In this document: positions 53,180 through 63,061 of the stretch, one piece after another
How positions within the stretch are numbered: position 1 is the stretch's first letter
Layout: each line of letters begins with the position of its first letter
Origin: a virus
Taxonomy: Duplodnaviria > Caudoviricetes
Direction: 5' to 3' (one strand)
Virus record (IMG/VR): IMGVR_UViG_3300021256_000008
Span: 1 to 64,000 of that record
DNA length: 64,000 bases
Translations under genes and position numbers: made by a program
Notes under the pieces: generated by a model
Told to the model about the DNA's origin: nothing
The model's input: only the letters and a program-made list of their open reading frames with translations
Databases searched by the model: none

Positions 53180-55973
53180 TGTTCAAATCGCCTCCCATTC
53201 CATTAAAGTTCTTGAATTCTTTTGCTAAAGCATCTACTGAAACTCCTAATTCTTTTGCTACAGTTGAAGGTGCATAGCCAGAATTCAATAATACTCTTGC
53301 ACGACTTTTTGTCGTTGCTTTCATTCCGGTAGAGGCTCTTGGTAAAGCTCTTTCTTTTATTTTAGTTTTATCTGAGTATCTTAAAACTTTTTGGAACTGA
53401 GTATCTGAAATAGCTCCAGCCTGAATTGCTTCCCATTCACGATCAGTAAGATCTATTCTGTAACGTTTTTCATGTCTTCCGCCATTTACAGCGTCTCTTG
53501 CATTATCTAAAGCTTTAGCGGCAAGTTTTCTTCTCTTATCAGCATGATCTTTATCTCTAAGAGAAGGATCAGCCGCTTCTTTTGCTCTCATAACATTTGA
53601 GGCAATGATCTGAGCTTGACGCTCTTTCGGAGCCTCGAGTTCTGCTCGAGCAATCTTCTTTGCAAGAGTTCCGTCTTTTCCTACAACATCGTCGTAGACT
53701 TCACGTGCGGTCTTGTTCTGTTCAAGCCGACCAGTAGAACGAGCTTCTTTACGAGCTTCATTTGCCAGCGCTTTCATTCTATTAGAATGCTCAGCATACA
53801 CTTCTTCAATGTAATAACCGGCGGACAGTTCATGAGCATCGTCTACAACCGATAATTTTTCAACTTTGTCAATATTGTCTACCCATTTACCATTCTTATC
53901 TTTATGCTTATGACCCGTAGGACGATAGATCTTTTCACCTCTATCATAACGTTCCTTCTCTTCCGGTGTCATGGTAGAGTAGGCATAGATTTCCTTTCTC
54001 TCAGGAATTCTGGTCTCACCCTTAGCTCTCGAAATCAGTGTGGAAGCGCCGCCACCATCCTGATAAAGTTCTTTAAGTTGAGCGATGCCATTATCTTCGT
54101 AAGACTTTTTCCAGTCAAGGTTGTGTTTTTCGGCATCTATTACGCACATTGAATGCCTAACGGCTCGTTCGATTTCGCTTGGATCAGCGCCCTTGATCGT
54201 CATGTCCGTAATCAAGTTGGATGCCATACCCATCTGAACGCCTTTATTAAAGCCGTCGCCCTTCTTTCCATCCTTGCTTTTACCGGTTCGAATCGGATCG
54301 TTCGGATCTCTCGTGTAGTAATCGGACGGATTGTAATCGATGAGACCTTCCATAGGAGGAGCTGTCTTTAGCTTTTGGCCTTTTGTCGGAATAACAAGAA
54401 CTGTATCGCCGTCATAATCTGCGCCAGATAGCTGGTTTGCAGAACGTGAATTAATCCCAATTGCGTGCGCTGCAGATGTACCAAGAAGCGCTTTTCCTTC
54501 AGGATTGTTATTATTTACAATCAGCCTTGGAATCTGGAAAACGCCTTCATGCGGATGACGAACAAGAATGACTTCTTCTCCCTGTTCATACATAGGAGCA
54601 TAAACTTCGTTATCTTTAAGACTCGTAACAGGTAAAATTGCAAAAGCACCTTGGCGCGGCAATGCAGCGGCTTTCAAATGCACGGCGGCAGAATCACATG
54701 TATCTGCAAACTCTTCGCAAAGTTGCCTCTTAAGAGTCGGATTTGTGATAGATTTAAGTTCCTCAAATTCATCGCTCATTTCGCCATAGCGGAGATCGAG
54801 TTGCTTTTTTGCAAGCTGTGGCCACTGCTTCGAAAGAAATTGGGATGACAGGTTTTTCTTCCACGTATCCCAGTCTTCATCATCGTTTACGATGTTAATC
54901 GGCGACGTATGTTTTTCACCATTAGGGCCATCGTATTCCCACTGCCTAAAAGATGCTCCAAACGGATTTTCGGCATCGATTTTTCCTTTATCGTCCGTTT
55001 TCATTTCTTTAAGAACGGTGTTATCACCTTTCCCAATCATCGGAACATCTGAATGCTTATTTGTATTAAACACAATATCGACGCCGGGAGGCATCTTTGA
55101 AGGATCACCATAAACGGCCATTCCCTTCAGATAATGTGTCCCATCAACACCAATTCGAACCTGGGCATAGTTTCTGCCGCCCAAATATAAATCATCGGTT
55201 CCTGGACGAATCTCGATAACTCCGTCTTTCTCCTGTCCGCCGCCAGGTTCACCAGTATTGTAGTTCACCATGACGCGGCTTGAATCGATACTCGGGATCG
55301 GCTTTCTGTGAACTGCAGTTTCGCCGTAGTCCTCAAAATATAAACCTTCAGGCGATGTTACTTTCCCAAGATTCTCTTTAAGCTCTGCTTTGGTTACTTC
55401 GCCATCACAAAGAATTTTTAGATTCGTAAACTGCTTCGGATTACTGACCTGAGGAAGGCGATAATCATAGACGTTGTATCCTTCGTCTTCAAGAAGCAGT
55501 CTTGCAGCATGAAGCTGCTCTTCACTGATATTCAGCTGACGGTTAACACCTTCACCGATGTCCAGATACGGTTTGTCTTTCAGATACTCTTTCAGCTCGT
55601 TAGCGATATTCTGTACAGTATCTTCGCGACGTTTCTTTGATGGATCCAAAAGATTACGAACAGTACCTTCTGAAACTCCAAGCTTTTCAGCAATTGCCGT
55701 GTTACTCCAGCCTTTATCTTTCAGCTTCAGGGCTGTCATCTGATTTTCGGCACCGATTTGATTCTTATAGATCTTTCGCATGGCGACATAATCGCCGGTA
55801 CTCAAACCCATAGCTTCAGCAATTTGCTTCTTTGATAGTCCTTGTGCGGCAAGGTCGTCAGCGCGCTGAAGAAAGTTTTTATTACGCTGAGGATTCTTTC
55901 CGGATCCCCAAGGGTAACGTCCAGAATGTCTAGGTGTTCCGTAATGTTTTAAAATATTCATATCAGCCTTCAA
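53151..55973 (-). CDS. Single-chain two-barrel (YonO/QDE-1-like) RNA polymerase with two N-terminal and one C-terminal HTH; start probably ATG 55961
   Basis: QLSGADYDGD (DYDGD at 54405-54419), VILVRHP, YAQVRIG...LKGMAV, HSMCVIDAEKH match conserved DPBB motifs. Confidence 0.8.
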   Translation of the reverse strand: MKADMNILKHYGTPRHSGRYPWGSGKNPQRNKNFLQRADDLAAQGLSKKQIAEAMGLSTGDYVAMRKIYKNQIGAENQMTALKLKDKGWSNTAIAEKLGVSEGTVRNLLDPSKKRREDTVQNIANELKEYLKDKPYLDIGEGVNRQLNISEEQLHAARLLLEDEGYNVYDYRLPQVSNPKQFTNLKILCDGEVTKAELKENLGKVTSPEGLYFEDYGETAVHRKPIPSIDSSRVMVNYNTGEPGGGQEKDGVIEIRPGTDDLYLGGRNYAQVRIGVDGTHYLKGMAVYGDPSKMPPGVDIVFNTNKHSDVPMIGKGDNTVLKEMKTDDKGKIDAENPFGASFRQWEYDGPNGEKHTSPINIVNDDEDWDTWKKNLSSQFLSKQWPQLAKKQLDLRYGEMSDEFEELKSITNPTLKRQLCEEFADTCDSAAVHLKAAALPRQGAFAILPVTSLKDNEVYAPMYEQGEEVILVRHPHEGVFQIPRLIVNNNNPEGKALLGTSAAHAIGINSRSANQLSGADYDGDTVLVIPTKGQKLKTAPPMEGLIDYNPSDYYTRDPNDPIRTGKSKDGKKGDGFNKGVQMGMASNLITDMTIKGADPSEIERAVRHSMCVIDAEKHNLDWKKSYEDNGIAQLKELYQDGGGASTLISRAKGETRIPERKEIYAYSTMTPEEKERYDRGEKIYRPTGHKHKDKNGKWVDNIDKVEKLSVVDDAHELSAGYYIEEVYAEHSNRMKALANEARKEARSTGRLEQNKTAREVYDDVVGKDGTLAKKIARAELEAPKERQAQIIASNVMRAKEAADPSLRDKDHADKRRKLAAKALDNARDAVNGGRHEKRYRIDLTDREWEAIQAGAISDTQFQKVLRYSDKTKIKERALPRASTGMKATTKSRARVLLNSGYAPSTVAKELGVSVDALAKEFKNFNGMGGDLNNGANTNNNK

Positions 55974-56535
55974 CCTCTCTCAACGAATCCTGGACCCAGC
56001 CATCTTTTTCTTTGATGTTATAGATGACTTCTTCAACGCGGTCCTTATCAGGACTAAACTCCTGAATATCATCATTCTGATAAATACGCAGATTCACTTT
56101 TGTGTTAAGCGGATTTACGCCATAGGCCCGCTCATATTCCAAAAGAAAAAGAGCAGCATAAATTTCAAGCTGCTCCATATGAACCGGTCCGCTGCCGGTT
56201 TTGAGATCATGAACACGAAGAATACCGTGATCAAAATTAATTGCATCGCTATGGCCAAAGCATGAGTCAGAATACTTTAAAGCAACTTCAGGCGTCATTC
56301 CGAAACCAATTGCATCGTTTACATATGCAACCAGTGTTTGAGTTGAACCGCGAAGTTTCAAACCTTTATTTATCAAGCGAGCTGCAATGTCATGAAGTTC
56401 TGTACCTTCTGCAGCCGCTTTCTGTGCTCTGATATAATTTCTTATCTGATCCTGTGTATAATTTAACCAATACGGTTTACTTGGACTCAGAAGAGCATGC
56501 TTGCCCTCCAGTTCTAAATGCTTGTTGAAGTTCAT
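55963..56535 (-). CDS. Cas4-like PD-(D/E)XK nuclease (DUF2800-like)
   Basis: HALLSPS...EGTELH...FGHSDAI...HDLKTG...QLEIYA; GGAGG RBS before ATG 56535. Confidence 0.8.
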   Translation of the reverse strand: MNFNKHLELEGKHALLSPSKPYWLNYTQDQIRNYIRAQKAAAEGTELHDIAARLINKGLKLRGSTQTLVAYVNDAIGFGMTPEVALKYSDSCFGHSDAINFDHGILRVHDLKTGSGPVHMEQLEIYAALFLLEYERAYGVNPLNTKVNLRIYQNDDIQEFSPDKDRVEEVIYNIKEKDGWVQDSLREVEG

Positions 56536-56806
56536 CCAATACCTCCTGCTTATTCTCGGGGTAAATGAATCTCGCAAACGACATCTGATCAGCACGCTCA
56601 ACGTAATAATCCTGATTAGGCTGATGCGTTGATTTCTCTTCCCTTTTACATTCAAGCAATGCCCAATGATCTTTGTATAAAACTGTGAGATCAGGGAATC
56701 CCTGTCGTGTCTCATTCTTATAGATCAACGCTTCAGGAAATATCTTTTCAAGCTCATCGATCAGATCTCGTTGGAACTTACTTTCAAGCGCTTTCTTATT
56801 AGCCAT
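56477..56806 (-). CDS. VRR-NUC domain nuclease
   Basis: LESKFQ..LI..L...GFPDL...LLECK...QPNQ. Confidence 0.8.
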   Translation of the reverse strand: MANKKALESKFQRDLIDELEKIFPEALIYKNETRQGFPDLTVLYKDHWALLECKREEKSTHQPNQDYYVERADQMSFARFIYPENKQEVLDELQQAFRTGGQACSSESK

Positions 56807-56824
56807 TTCGAAATCCCGAAGCAG

Positions 56825-56974
56825 ATGCTAAAAATGCATATCTGCTTCCCTCTCTACTATAGTCGCTGTAAATTTTACGAATCGCGTAAAATGCGCCAAA
56901 TAAGAAAAAGGAAACAGAATGCTAAAAATGCATATCTGCTTCCCTCTCTACTATAGTCGCTGTAAATTTTACGA
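56825..56974 (-). repeat. Exact 56-bp tandem duplication (56825-56880, 56919-56974), each containing the phage promoter motif and a leader hairpin
   Basis: Read directly; upstream of the VRR-NUC, Cas4-like and RNAP operon. Confidence 0.9.
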
Positions 56975-58216
56975 TTTTCGTGATTTAAAGAAAACGCTTT
57001 CGTTGAAGTTCCGTTTTCGTTTAAGAGCTCTACTAATTGCAATATCAATAGGCGCCATTGATCTGAAGCTGTAGTAATATAAATCGTGGAAAGGAGTATT
57101 TCGCCGATCTATACGACCCATCGCTTGTTCGGTTGCTTTGTACGAATAACTCGGAGAATAGAATAGCATGGAGTCCGTTGTCGTGCAGTTCCATCCTTCT
57201 GCTCCCGCAGCATACTGAACAAGATAGACCCAGCGAATATCAGTCGGAACTTCTTCATGCCGGTGCCCGTTCCATTCCCTGACAACTGTGCCTTCCGGCC
57301 AGTTCGCATTCTTGAGAATATCAAGTTCATAATCGAAGTTATAAAAGATAATGAGTCTTGGATGTTCTTGCGCAATTTCCAAAACATTTTCAATTCTCGA
57401 CGGATCTGAATTTACAATTTTCCGGAGAAGATAACAAAGTTCGCTGACATTCTCAACAGGCCTGTTTTCGAATATATTCCATCTTTCGCGCATGAGCACC
57501 CTGTAAGACTCACGGTCATACTCTACCGGTATAACTTCACTATGCCGCTCTGTCGGCTTCTGATATTCAATGTTCACAAGAATTGAATCCCGCATACGTT
57601 GCAAAATATAATCGTCGATGTAGCGGTCAACCTGCGGATACTTGGAATAGCGATTATAGACGACATGACGCATCTCGAACTCTCTCTTAGTCCGAAAGAA
57701 TCCGTTCGCAATAAAGATTGCCAGATAGTCCATCCAACAGTCTCCTGGTGTTGCCGTGAGAAATATCCAGTGATTTGACTTTGAAATCTTTACGAACGCT
57801 CTTGCCCATGTCTTGTAACTCACCACTCTCTGTTCGTCAAATAGAAAGACTGCGTCTTTTACATCGATATACTTCTGAACATTATTCCATGAATCGACAG
57901 TTACCTTTACCTTGTCTTTGTAGGATGACTTTTCAGGATTCGTCGAAAGTCCAAAAGGCTCCATCTCTTCATCCCATTCACCATCGTCACGTTTTTTGGC
58001 AGTGGTGATAATGTAAAGATCCTTCGGCCAGAGCATTGGAACAATATCATTCTTAAGACCTCGTTCCTTTCCGTTCATCTGGCCGCCGCAAACCTTCGTG
58101 AAGTACCAGGCAAGGCCGGTCCGACTTTTGCCGGAACCGACTCCACCAATCAGAATATTACCGTTCTGCAATTGTTCAAGTGCCTTCAGCTGACCTGCAT
58201 CAAGCTCCGGAGTCAT
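56969..58216 (-). CDS. Superfamily 2 helicase
   Basis: GGVGSGKS, FDEQ, LTATP, QYAAGAEGWN, EQAMGRIDR. Confidence 0.9.
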   Translation of the reverse strand: MTPELDAGQLKALEQLQNGNILIGGVGSGKSRTGLAWYFTKVCGGQMNGKERGLKNDIVPMLWPKDLYIITTAKKRDDGEWDEEMEPFGLSTNPEKSSYKDKVKVTVDSWNNVQKYIDVKDAVFLFDEQRVVSYKTWARAFVKISKSNHWIFLTATPGDCWMDYLAIFIANGFFRTKREFEMRHVVYNRYSKYPQVDRYIDDYILQRMRDSILVNIEYQKPTERHSEVIPVEYDRESYRVLMRERWNIFENRPVENVSELCYLLRKIVNSDPSRIENVLEIAQEHPRLIIFYNFDYELDILKNANWPEGTVVREWNGHRHEEVPTDIRWVYLVQYAAGAEGWNCTTTDSMLFYSPSYSYKATEQAMGRIDRRNTPFHDLYYYSFRSMAPIDIAISRALKRKRNFNESVFFKSRKS

Positions 58217-58222
58217 TGTCGA

Positions 58223-58774
58223 TTAAAACGGACTCTCTTCGGTCTCTTCCGTACCAGGAGCTGTCACGACCGGTCCGCGCAGGTTCGCATATTTCTCGGC
58301 AATATAATTGGGAGTTACCTCAACAACAATCTGCTGGGCGTAGATCGGAACATACTTCACGCCGTTGTTGTGTGTCTTCTCTTTACCAAACTCGACATTC
58401 AGGCACATGTTCCTAATGTCGACATTATTGATCATGAAAATATGATCGGCATCAAGAGGCGTGGTAACATCCCTACTGATAAGGAACGCATCCACGTTCT
58501 TAATGTAATAGGAAATAATTACAGACACGTAAGGAACCGGAACGTCGTTCGGGTCCTGAACCTTTGTATACTTAACTTCGCATCCGCGATCCTTCAGTTC
58601 CTCCGCGATCTCTTCAGAGACATAGAGCAGGAAATTTCTGTATCCGGGACTGTTTACGGTTCTGCCGGTAACACGGTCTTTCTTCTCTTCTCCACCAAAG
58701 TTCCTGGAACGTACCTCACGATCCACGATTCCGTCAATGGTAATTCCTCTTGCTGTTCTTTCTACGATCTGCAT
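58223..58774 (-). CDS. Single-stranded DNA-binding protein (putative)
   Basis: RNFGGE...RNF; acidic C-terminus ending EESPF; between polymerase and helicase. Confidence 0.6.
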   Translation of the reverse strand: MQIVERTARGITIDGIVDREVRSRNFGGEEKKDRVTGRTVNSPGYRNFLLYVSEEIAEELKDRGCEVKYTKVQDPNDVPVPYVSVIISYYIKNVDAFLISRDVTTPLDADHIFMINNVDIRNMCLNVEFGKEKTHNNGVKYVPIYAQQIVVEVTPNYIAEKYANLRGPVVTAPGTEETEESPF

Positions 58775-58807
58775 TTTTGTTTCTCCTTTTTGTTTAAATA
58801 TAAATAA

Positions 58808-61800
58808 TTAATTATTTGCAAACGCAGCGAAATCACCGTATTCTTCAATCGTGCGTATTGCATCGTTCTTAAGGGCCTCGAAATAATCATAATCTATCTG
58901 ATCTTCAAGACCGAAATCTTTCACTTGCTCTGCTTCGAGCCAGCGATATCCTTTTGCTCCTGACGCATAGGAGTACTTTCCGTTGTTCTCTCGAACAAGA
59001 CGACCTGCCTTGCAGCCTTCTTTCATCGGGCAGAACAAGCCTGACTTTCCAATAAAGTGGTAATCATGGCACTTTGCGATCTCTTCTCTCAATTCGAGAA
59101 TTCGCAGATAATCACGATGATACTGCTCGATGGTATATTGCTCCTGCTTCTTGTCGGGAATATCAACCAAAGTAGGTGCAGTTCCATCGTTGAGTTTCTG
59201 TTCATTCTCTTCAGAAAGATCGTAGCCGGCCTTATGCCACTTTCGAAGAAGCTTCTCTTCTTCTTTCTCAAACGGCTCGGAAGATGGGAGATCTTCATCC
59301 ATGTCAAGATATAAACCGTTTCCGACCTTCACGGTCTGTGTCACCGTAAGATCCCAAAAGCTGAGAGGTTCGTGTGTAAAAAGTGTTTTAAAAACATAAG
59401 GTTCCTTAAACTGGTCGCCGGTTGCGTCCCATTTACCAGCCATCTTTCCGTTTGCAGGATCATCGGTATATTTGCAAATATAAACGGCGTTGTTCACAAG
59501 GCAAAGCTTTTCAAACTTGTGTTCAACCTCAAACGTGTATCCGAACTTCTTTCCGTAATCATAAACAAACTGAAATATCATAGGATCGGGATTATCAATC
59601 TTGATACTATCGGTCTTTACATGAATGACTTTATAATTGCGCTTCTTAACTTCCAGAAGAAGATCGATCATGAAAAGAGCCCCTCGTTTGGCGACCCAGT
59701 TGTCATCATTTCGGGGATCTCTCAATTTGTTCGGAAAATGTGCCGCTGTGAGGCCGTAAACGCTGTTTATTGCAATTTTCAGTGCCTGGCTGAGTTGTTT
59801 TGCGTCTTCATCAGACGTTAAATATGGGGCAAGTATGCCGCCGTAGAGACCTCTGACCCAGTCATAGTCCTTATGCTTTATGTGTAAACGAATATCAAGA
59901 AGCATCTTGAAATTCTCCGTATATGGACCGAATCCATTTTCGGCAATCAAGGATGACGGATGATGCGAGGCAGAGTCATAGCACTCTGCACCGTAATATT
60001 GTCCCCATTCGGCATAAACAAAGCCGCCCTCGCCGGGATCAAACCCTTTGTAGAACGACTTTCCGCTAATAATGTTGTTTCGGTAATAATTCTTACCAAA
60101 TATCATTTGCTCATCTTTGGTTAAAACGTATTTACCTTCTTCAAATTCGTACAAACCGTACTTCTTCGGGTTCTCTGGAATATCTTTCAGATCGAGTTTC
60201 ATCATGTACCGATCTCGATCAATTCCATACTGACTGAATTCGTAACCTGGAAACAGCTTTGTAAGATCGGGTTTTACAAACAACGCCTGAGGTGCCTTCT
60301 CATTTCCAACAATCAGCTTCATGGTGAGATTGTTTGTTGAATCGTTGACCGTACTTCCTGGACCTCTCAGTGCGTTGGCAAGCTCAACCAGGATCTCGCG
60401 CGCTTTAAAGTCTGACTGATTCTTGAAGAATACCTTTTCCGTTGCAATTACGTCATTGCAGCAGTACTCTGCTACTCTCTTCCAAAGATTCTTCGGAACT
60501 GGCTTATCCCACGGAAGCCCGGCTTCATCGTGACGAATATCAACGCCTTCCTTCTGAAGCGCAATCTCCCACTTCTTAAGCCCTTTCTTTTCTGAACAAA
60601 AATCAAATACATCTGAATAACTGAGATTCTTCGATTGATTAATCGCCCAGTCGTTCTTACCCTTCGGAGCATTGATGAGATTCTGTGACCGAACAAACAG
60701 CTCATATAAGCTGTCTCCACAGATTCTTGCATAACAAATATGGTTATCGTACCCGAGGTTATTAAATCCGATAGCATTGTATTTCTGGAAGAAATCAAGA
60801 ACTTCATTCGGCTCCGGATTAATAAGTGTCACGCAGTCTTCTCCAATCGGCTTATAAACTAATATAAACAGATTCGGAAAAACTTCAGTATCAAAGAATG
60901 CAATCTTCTTTTCACCTTTTGGCGGCTCAACCCATTTCGTTTCCTCTTCGCTCTTGTAAGGAAATCCGGAAGCCATATCCAGGCATTCCAGAGAATGGTT
61001 ATGAGATCCTGCTGCAAACTCAAGAACCTGAGATTTAAATTCGCTCATATCGTATTTCATGCCGCTGTTATAGGCATCGTTCAATACTTTACCAATGTAC
61101 TGAACACAGCAGACGGTCGAATACGGAGAAATCTCTTTTCTCAGAGCCTTACGAACTGCAGCAGCTAAATGCTTTTGATCTTTAATAACATATTCTTCTA
61201 CCGTTTTTGGTCTCTCCTTTCTTATTGGCAAACCGGAACTGATCGTTGCAATCGGTAAATCATTACAACGTGTCAGTTTTCTTCTGAGAGACTGTTTTCC
61301 AGTGTAAAATTTAATTTCTACTTCATCTTCATAAATCGATGCGACTTTACTGATGTCTCCGGTGTAAATATAAGTCAAATGAATACCTTGACCGCTCCTA
61401 CTGAGTTCTGCATAAGTTGGAGGCCATTTTGATGCTGCTTCGATATTCAATTCCAAAGACTTCTTACCAGTTTTCGGATCCTTCTTATCAAAATCAATAA
61501 AAGCATAATTTTCAGGAGGCTTTGTATAATGAAGCTCTGACGTATTAATATCTTTTAGGACGGTCTCGCACTTATCCCAACTGGTAGACGGCCTGTCACT
61601 GCCATCGTCACAAATATAAGCGTACTGTGCCGGCCATAAGCTCCCTACTTCATCGAGAAAACTCTTTGTTGTATTGAATTTTAGCCATGTGCCATTACTA
61701 TCCGCCGTCTCCGCTTCAGAAATATCATCGGATTCTTCAGCTTCTTCCAGAAATTCACTGAACTTTTCTATTTTAAGATTCATATAAACGTTTCTCAGAT

Positions 61801-63061
61801 ACTCGTCTTTTTCACGATCATGATACCGTTCTTTATAAATCCGAAAATAGTTTTTAAGTTCCTCTTTAAATGTGCGCTTAATAAAACGCCATTCTTTCGG
61901 AAGCCTTGCATCATCGGCATAAATGTTATATTCCATCCATGCGTCATTCAGCGTAATATATTCCTTATCTTGGATTCTTTCATACAGCCAGTCGTGCATG
62001 AAATTATAAAAGTCATTTGTTGCGCTGATCATTTCTGTCGGAATATATTGATCGTAGTAATAAGGATCGGCTTCATAAACATCAAGGCAGTGTTTTGCAA
62101 TCGCGCCTAACTCAAAATCAATTTCACCAAGTAGCCTCTGATACTTCTTAAACGGAATTTTATTTCCGGTTGGCGAAATATCAATCAGCCTTCGAATAAT
62201 TCCTGACTTTGAGTCTGTAATTCGAACCGGTTTATTTGTGCCCATGAAAAGCATTGAACACATGCTCATCGGATACTGTGTCTTGTGCTTCTCATTTACA
62301 AGAATAGTCTCATGCGAGACAAGGCTGTTAAGTCTTGTATTATCTTCGATTTTACTTAGATCACCATCATGCTGAATTGCAACAAGTGGATTATCCTTAA
62401 ACGCTTCCAAAGAAAAATCCTTGCTCGCCATACCGATACTCTTTGCATCAAAAGTAGTCGTGTATCCCTGAAAGAGTTTATCTATAATATTCAGAACCGT
62501 TGACTTACCGGTTCCGGAATCTCCGTAAAATACAAAGAACTTTTGAATATGTTTTGAATCGCCGGATACAACCGAACCGATTGCCCATTCAATCTTGTGT
62601 TTTTCTTCTTCAGAATATAAAGTTCCTACAAGTTCATCCCATGCGTGATAGTCTCCGTCCTCGAGCGAATATGGAAGTGTAATGGATGAATAGTCTTCTC
62701 TGCAGATTGGAGAATTCTGAAAAACAAGTTTCGTGTTGAGAGGATGAAAATTATCATCCATCTGTCTCTTCAGATATTTCTTCCACTGATCGATGGACCC
62801 AAGGCTTGAATATTTCATATACATAATCTTCGCACCTTCGAGATCAACGTCACTTGCTTTGTATTCTTCCATCATGCGATCAATTTTATTCTTTACAACG
62901 TCTTCATCTTTTGACCATTTACCATTGTCTTCATCCCACACGGCATAAAAGTCGTTGCCTCGAATCATGAGATCTTTTGTCTTTGTAGTGATGAACTCAG
63001 GAAAGATTTCAATGGGTGTATTTTTACTGCGTTGCCTTCGCCGAATAATAACAAAATCCGT
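58808..63061 (-). CDS. SF3 helicase-primase-family B DNA polymerase fusion; apparent ACG start at 63061 (first ATG 62968)
   Basis: GDSGTGKST Walker A; IDFD...SRSGQGIH primase; FFDTEVF exonuclease; YDSASHHPS, KIAINSVYG, KTDS PolB motifs; AAAGGAGG 7 nt before ACG. Confidence 0.88.
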   Translation of the reverse strand, partial: TDFVIIRRRQRSKNTPIEIFPEFITTKTKDLMIRGNDFYAVWDEDNGKWSKDEDVVKNKIDRMMEEYKASDVDLEGAKIMYMKYSSLGSIDQWKKYLKRQMDDNFHPLNTKLVFQNSPICREDYSSITLPYSLEDGDYHAWDELVGTLYSEEEKHKIEWAIGSVVSGDSKHIQKFFVFYGDSGTGKSTVLNIIDKLFQGYTTTFDAKSIGMASKDFSLEAFKDNPLVAIQHDGDLSKIEDNTRLNSLVSHETILVNEKHKTQYPMSMCSMLFMGTNKPVRITDSKSGIIRRLIDISPTGNKIPFKKYQRLLGEIDFELGAIAKHCLDVYEADPYYYDQYIPTEMISATNDFYNFMHDWLYERIQDKEYITLNDAWMEYNIYADDARLPKEWRFIKRTFKEELKNYFRIYKERYHDREKDEYLRNVYMNLKIEKFSEFLEEAEESDDISEAETADSNGTWLKFNTTKSFLDEVGSLWPAQYAYICDDGSDRPSTSWDKCETVLKDINTSELHYTKPPENYAFIDFDKKDPKTGKKSLELNIEAASKWPPTYAELSRSGQGIHLTYIYTGDISKVASIYEDEVEIKFYTGKQSLRRKLTRCNDLPIATISSGLPIRKERPKTVEEYVIKDQKHLAAAVRKALRKEISPYSTVCCVQYIGKVLNDAYNSGMKYDMSEFKSQVLEFAAGSHNHSLECLDMASGFPYKSEEETKWVEPPKGEKKIAFFDTEVFPNLFILVYKPIGEDCVTLINPEPNEVLDFFQKYNAIGFNNLGYDNHICYARICGDSLYELFVRSQNLINAPKGKNDWAINQSKNLSYSDVFDFCSEKKGLKKWEIALQKEGVDIRHDEAGLPWDKPVPKNLWKRVAEYCCNDVIATEKVFFKNQSDFKAREILVELANALRGPGSTVNDSTNNLTMKLIVGNEKAPQALFVKPDLTKLFPGYEFSQYGIDRDRYMMKLDLKDIPENPKKYGLYEFEEGKYVLTKDEQMIFGKNYYRNNIISGKSFYKGFDPGEGGFVYAEWGQYYGAECYDSASHHPSSLIAENGFGPYTENFKMLLDIRLHIKHKDYDWVRGLYGGILAPYLTSDEDAKQLSQALKIAINSVYGLTAAHFPNKLRDPRNDDNWVAKRGALFMIDLLLEVKKRNYKVIHVKTDSIKIDNPDPMIFQFVYDYGKKFGYTFEVEHKFEKLCLVNNAVYICKYTDDPANGKMAGKWDATGDQFKEPYVFKTLFTHEPLSFWDLTVTQTVKVGNGLYLDMDEDLPSSEPFEKEEEKLLRKWHKAGYDLSEENEQKLNDGTAPTLVDIPDKKQEQYTIEQYHRDYLRILELREEIAKCHDYHFIGKSGLFCPMKEGCKAGRLVRENNGKYSYASGAKGYRWLEAEQVKDFGLEDQIDYDYFEALKNDAIRTIEEYGDFAAFANN

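Noticed and set aside
55963-56535. Cas4-like gene as part of a CRISPR system
   Set aside because: Solo PD-(D/E)XK nuclease in a replication/recombination context, common in phages
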